A stretch of 64,000 bases of DNA, taken from Vulcanimicrobiota bacterium. Lineage in GTDB: Bacteria > Vulcanimicrobiota > Vulcanimicrobiia > Eremiobacterales > Eremiobacteraceae. Below are positions 63,072 through 64,000 of this stretch, in pieces. A program made the position numbers and the translations under genes. The stretch's first letter is position 1, and every line of letters starts with the position of its first letter. The stretch is taken from positions 19,012 through 83,011 of the forward strand of contig CAWDVP010000005.1 in assembly GCA_963805945.1 (NCBI GenBank). Reading direction: 5' to 3'. The notes beneath the pieces were generated by a model, which worked only from the letters and a program-made list of their open reading frames with translations, made no database searches and was not told the origin of the DNA.

Positions 63072-63366
63072 TGGCTTTTCCTTTGCGCTTCTCGCGCGGC
63101 TTGCGCGTCGGGACCTTCGCTTGGTCGTACAGGCCCTTGCCGGCCAGCAGGCGGGCGACGGTGTCGGAGGGCTGAGCGCCGTTGCCGAGCCAGCGCTTCA
63201 CCTTCTCCTCGTCGAGCACGAGTTCGGCGGGCTCGCGGCGCGGATTGTAATGTCCTATGATCTCGACGAAGCGCCCGTCGCGCGGCGACGCCGAGTCGGC
63301 GACGACGACGCGATACGACGGCTGTTTCTTCGCGCCGGTGCGGCGCAGTCTGATCTTGACGGCCAA
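63064..63366 (-). CDS. rpsP: 30S ribosomal protein S16
   Basis: [32 protein letters not shown] and [18 protein letters not shown]. Confidence 0.97.
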   Translation of the reverse strand: MAVKIRLRRTGAKKQPSYRVVVADSASPRDGRFVEIIGHYNPRREPAELVLDEEKVKRWLGNGAQPSDTVARLLAGKGLYDQAKVPTRKPREKRKGKANA

Positions 63367-63383
63367 GATATCTCCTTCACATG

Positions 63384-64000
63384 CTAGATGCGCGGCATGC
63401 CACGGCCGCGCGACAACGATTTCATCATCTTCTGCGACGTCTCGAACTGCTTGATGAGCTGGTTCACGTCTTGCACTTGCGTGCCGCTGCCGGCGGCGAT
63501 CCGGCGGCGGCGGCTGGCGTTGAGCACGCGCGGATCAACGCGCTCACGCGGCGTCATCGAGCAGATGATGGCTTCGATGCGCGCCAACTGCGACTCGTCG
63601 ATCTCCCGGCCGGCGACGGCTTTGCCCATGCCGGGGATCATCTTGAGCAGGTCCTGGACGGAGCCCATCCGCTTCACCTGCCGGCATTGCTCCAGGAAGT
63701 CTTGCAGGGTGAAGCTCGACGTGCGGATCTTCGTCGCGAGTTCTTTCGTCTGCTTTTCGTCATAGAGGCGCTGAGTCTTCTCGATGAGGCTGAGAACATC
63801 GCCCATGCCGAGGATGCGCGAGACGAGCCGGTCCGGATGGAACGGCTCGAGCGCGCTCGCACTTCTCGCCGACGCCGATGAATTTGACGGTTTGCCGGTC
63901 ACCGCGAATATCGAGAGCGCCGCGCCGCCCCGGCCGTCGCCGTCCATCTTGGTCAGGATCGTGCCGGTGAGCTGGATCCGCTGATCGAACGCGGTTGCGA
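63384..64000 (-). CDS. ffh: Signal recognition particle protein Ffh (partial; frameshift near 63865)
   Basis: [41 protein letters not shown] and SRRRRIA.GSG. Confidence 0.95.
   Translation of the reverse strand, partial: ATAFDQRIQLTGTILTKMDGDGRGGAALSIFAVTGKPSNSSASARSASALEPFHPDRLVSRILGMGDVLSLIEKTQRLYDEKQTKELATKIRTSSFTLQDFLEQCRQVKRMGSVQDLLKMIPGMGKAVAGREIDESQLARIEAIICSMTPRERVDPRVLNASRRRRIAAGSGTQVQDVNQLIKQFETSQKMMKSLSRGRGMPRI

Overview
High-GC bacterial chromosomal window with about 60 genes and no rRNA, tRNA, CRISPR array or transposase that I could recognise. Housekeeping and metabolic genes include thiolase, leuC and a fused leuD-leuB, cinA, a two-subunit NAD synthetase (nitrilase-type glutaminase plus nadE), class II ribonucleotide reductase nrdJ (179-aa mini-intein, sigma70 promoter, two NrdR boxes), UdgB, a P1B-5 ATPase, a DEDDh/GIY-YIG nuclease, and ffh-rpsP-khpA-rimM. 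These are interleaved with many secreted proteins and lipoproteins, often with Pro/Thr-rich stalks: a metzincin missed by the ORF track, three tandem S8/S53 protease lipoproteins, a gluzincin, two phosphoesterases and an NHL propeller. This gene style is reminiscent of soil Eremiobacterota-like genomes (inference only). Many genes, including ffh and rimM, carry single-base frameshifts, most likely long-read indel errors, so apparent fusions and splits need caution. The best novelty candidates are: (1) a lower-GC insert between leuC and leuD encoding a lipoprotein with a Cys/His amidase-like C-terminal domain followed by a secreted partner, a candidate cell-wall toxin/immunity module; (2) secreted proteins built from shuffled, largely unnamed modules; (3) a secreted coiled-coil protein ending in a phage-spike-like HxH...TxGP motif; (4) a tiny secreted 17-aa-repeat protein; (5) a cyclase-STAND ATPase divergent from a DUF4242 gene. 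All family assignments come from motif recognition by eye, not from database searches.
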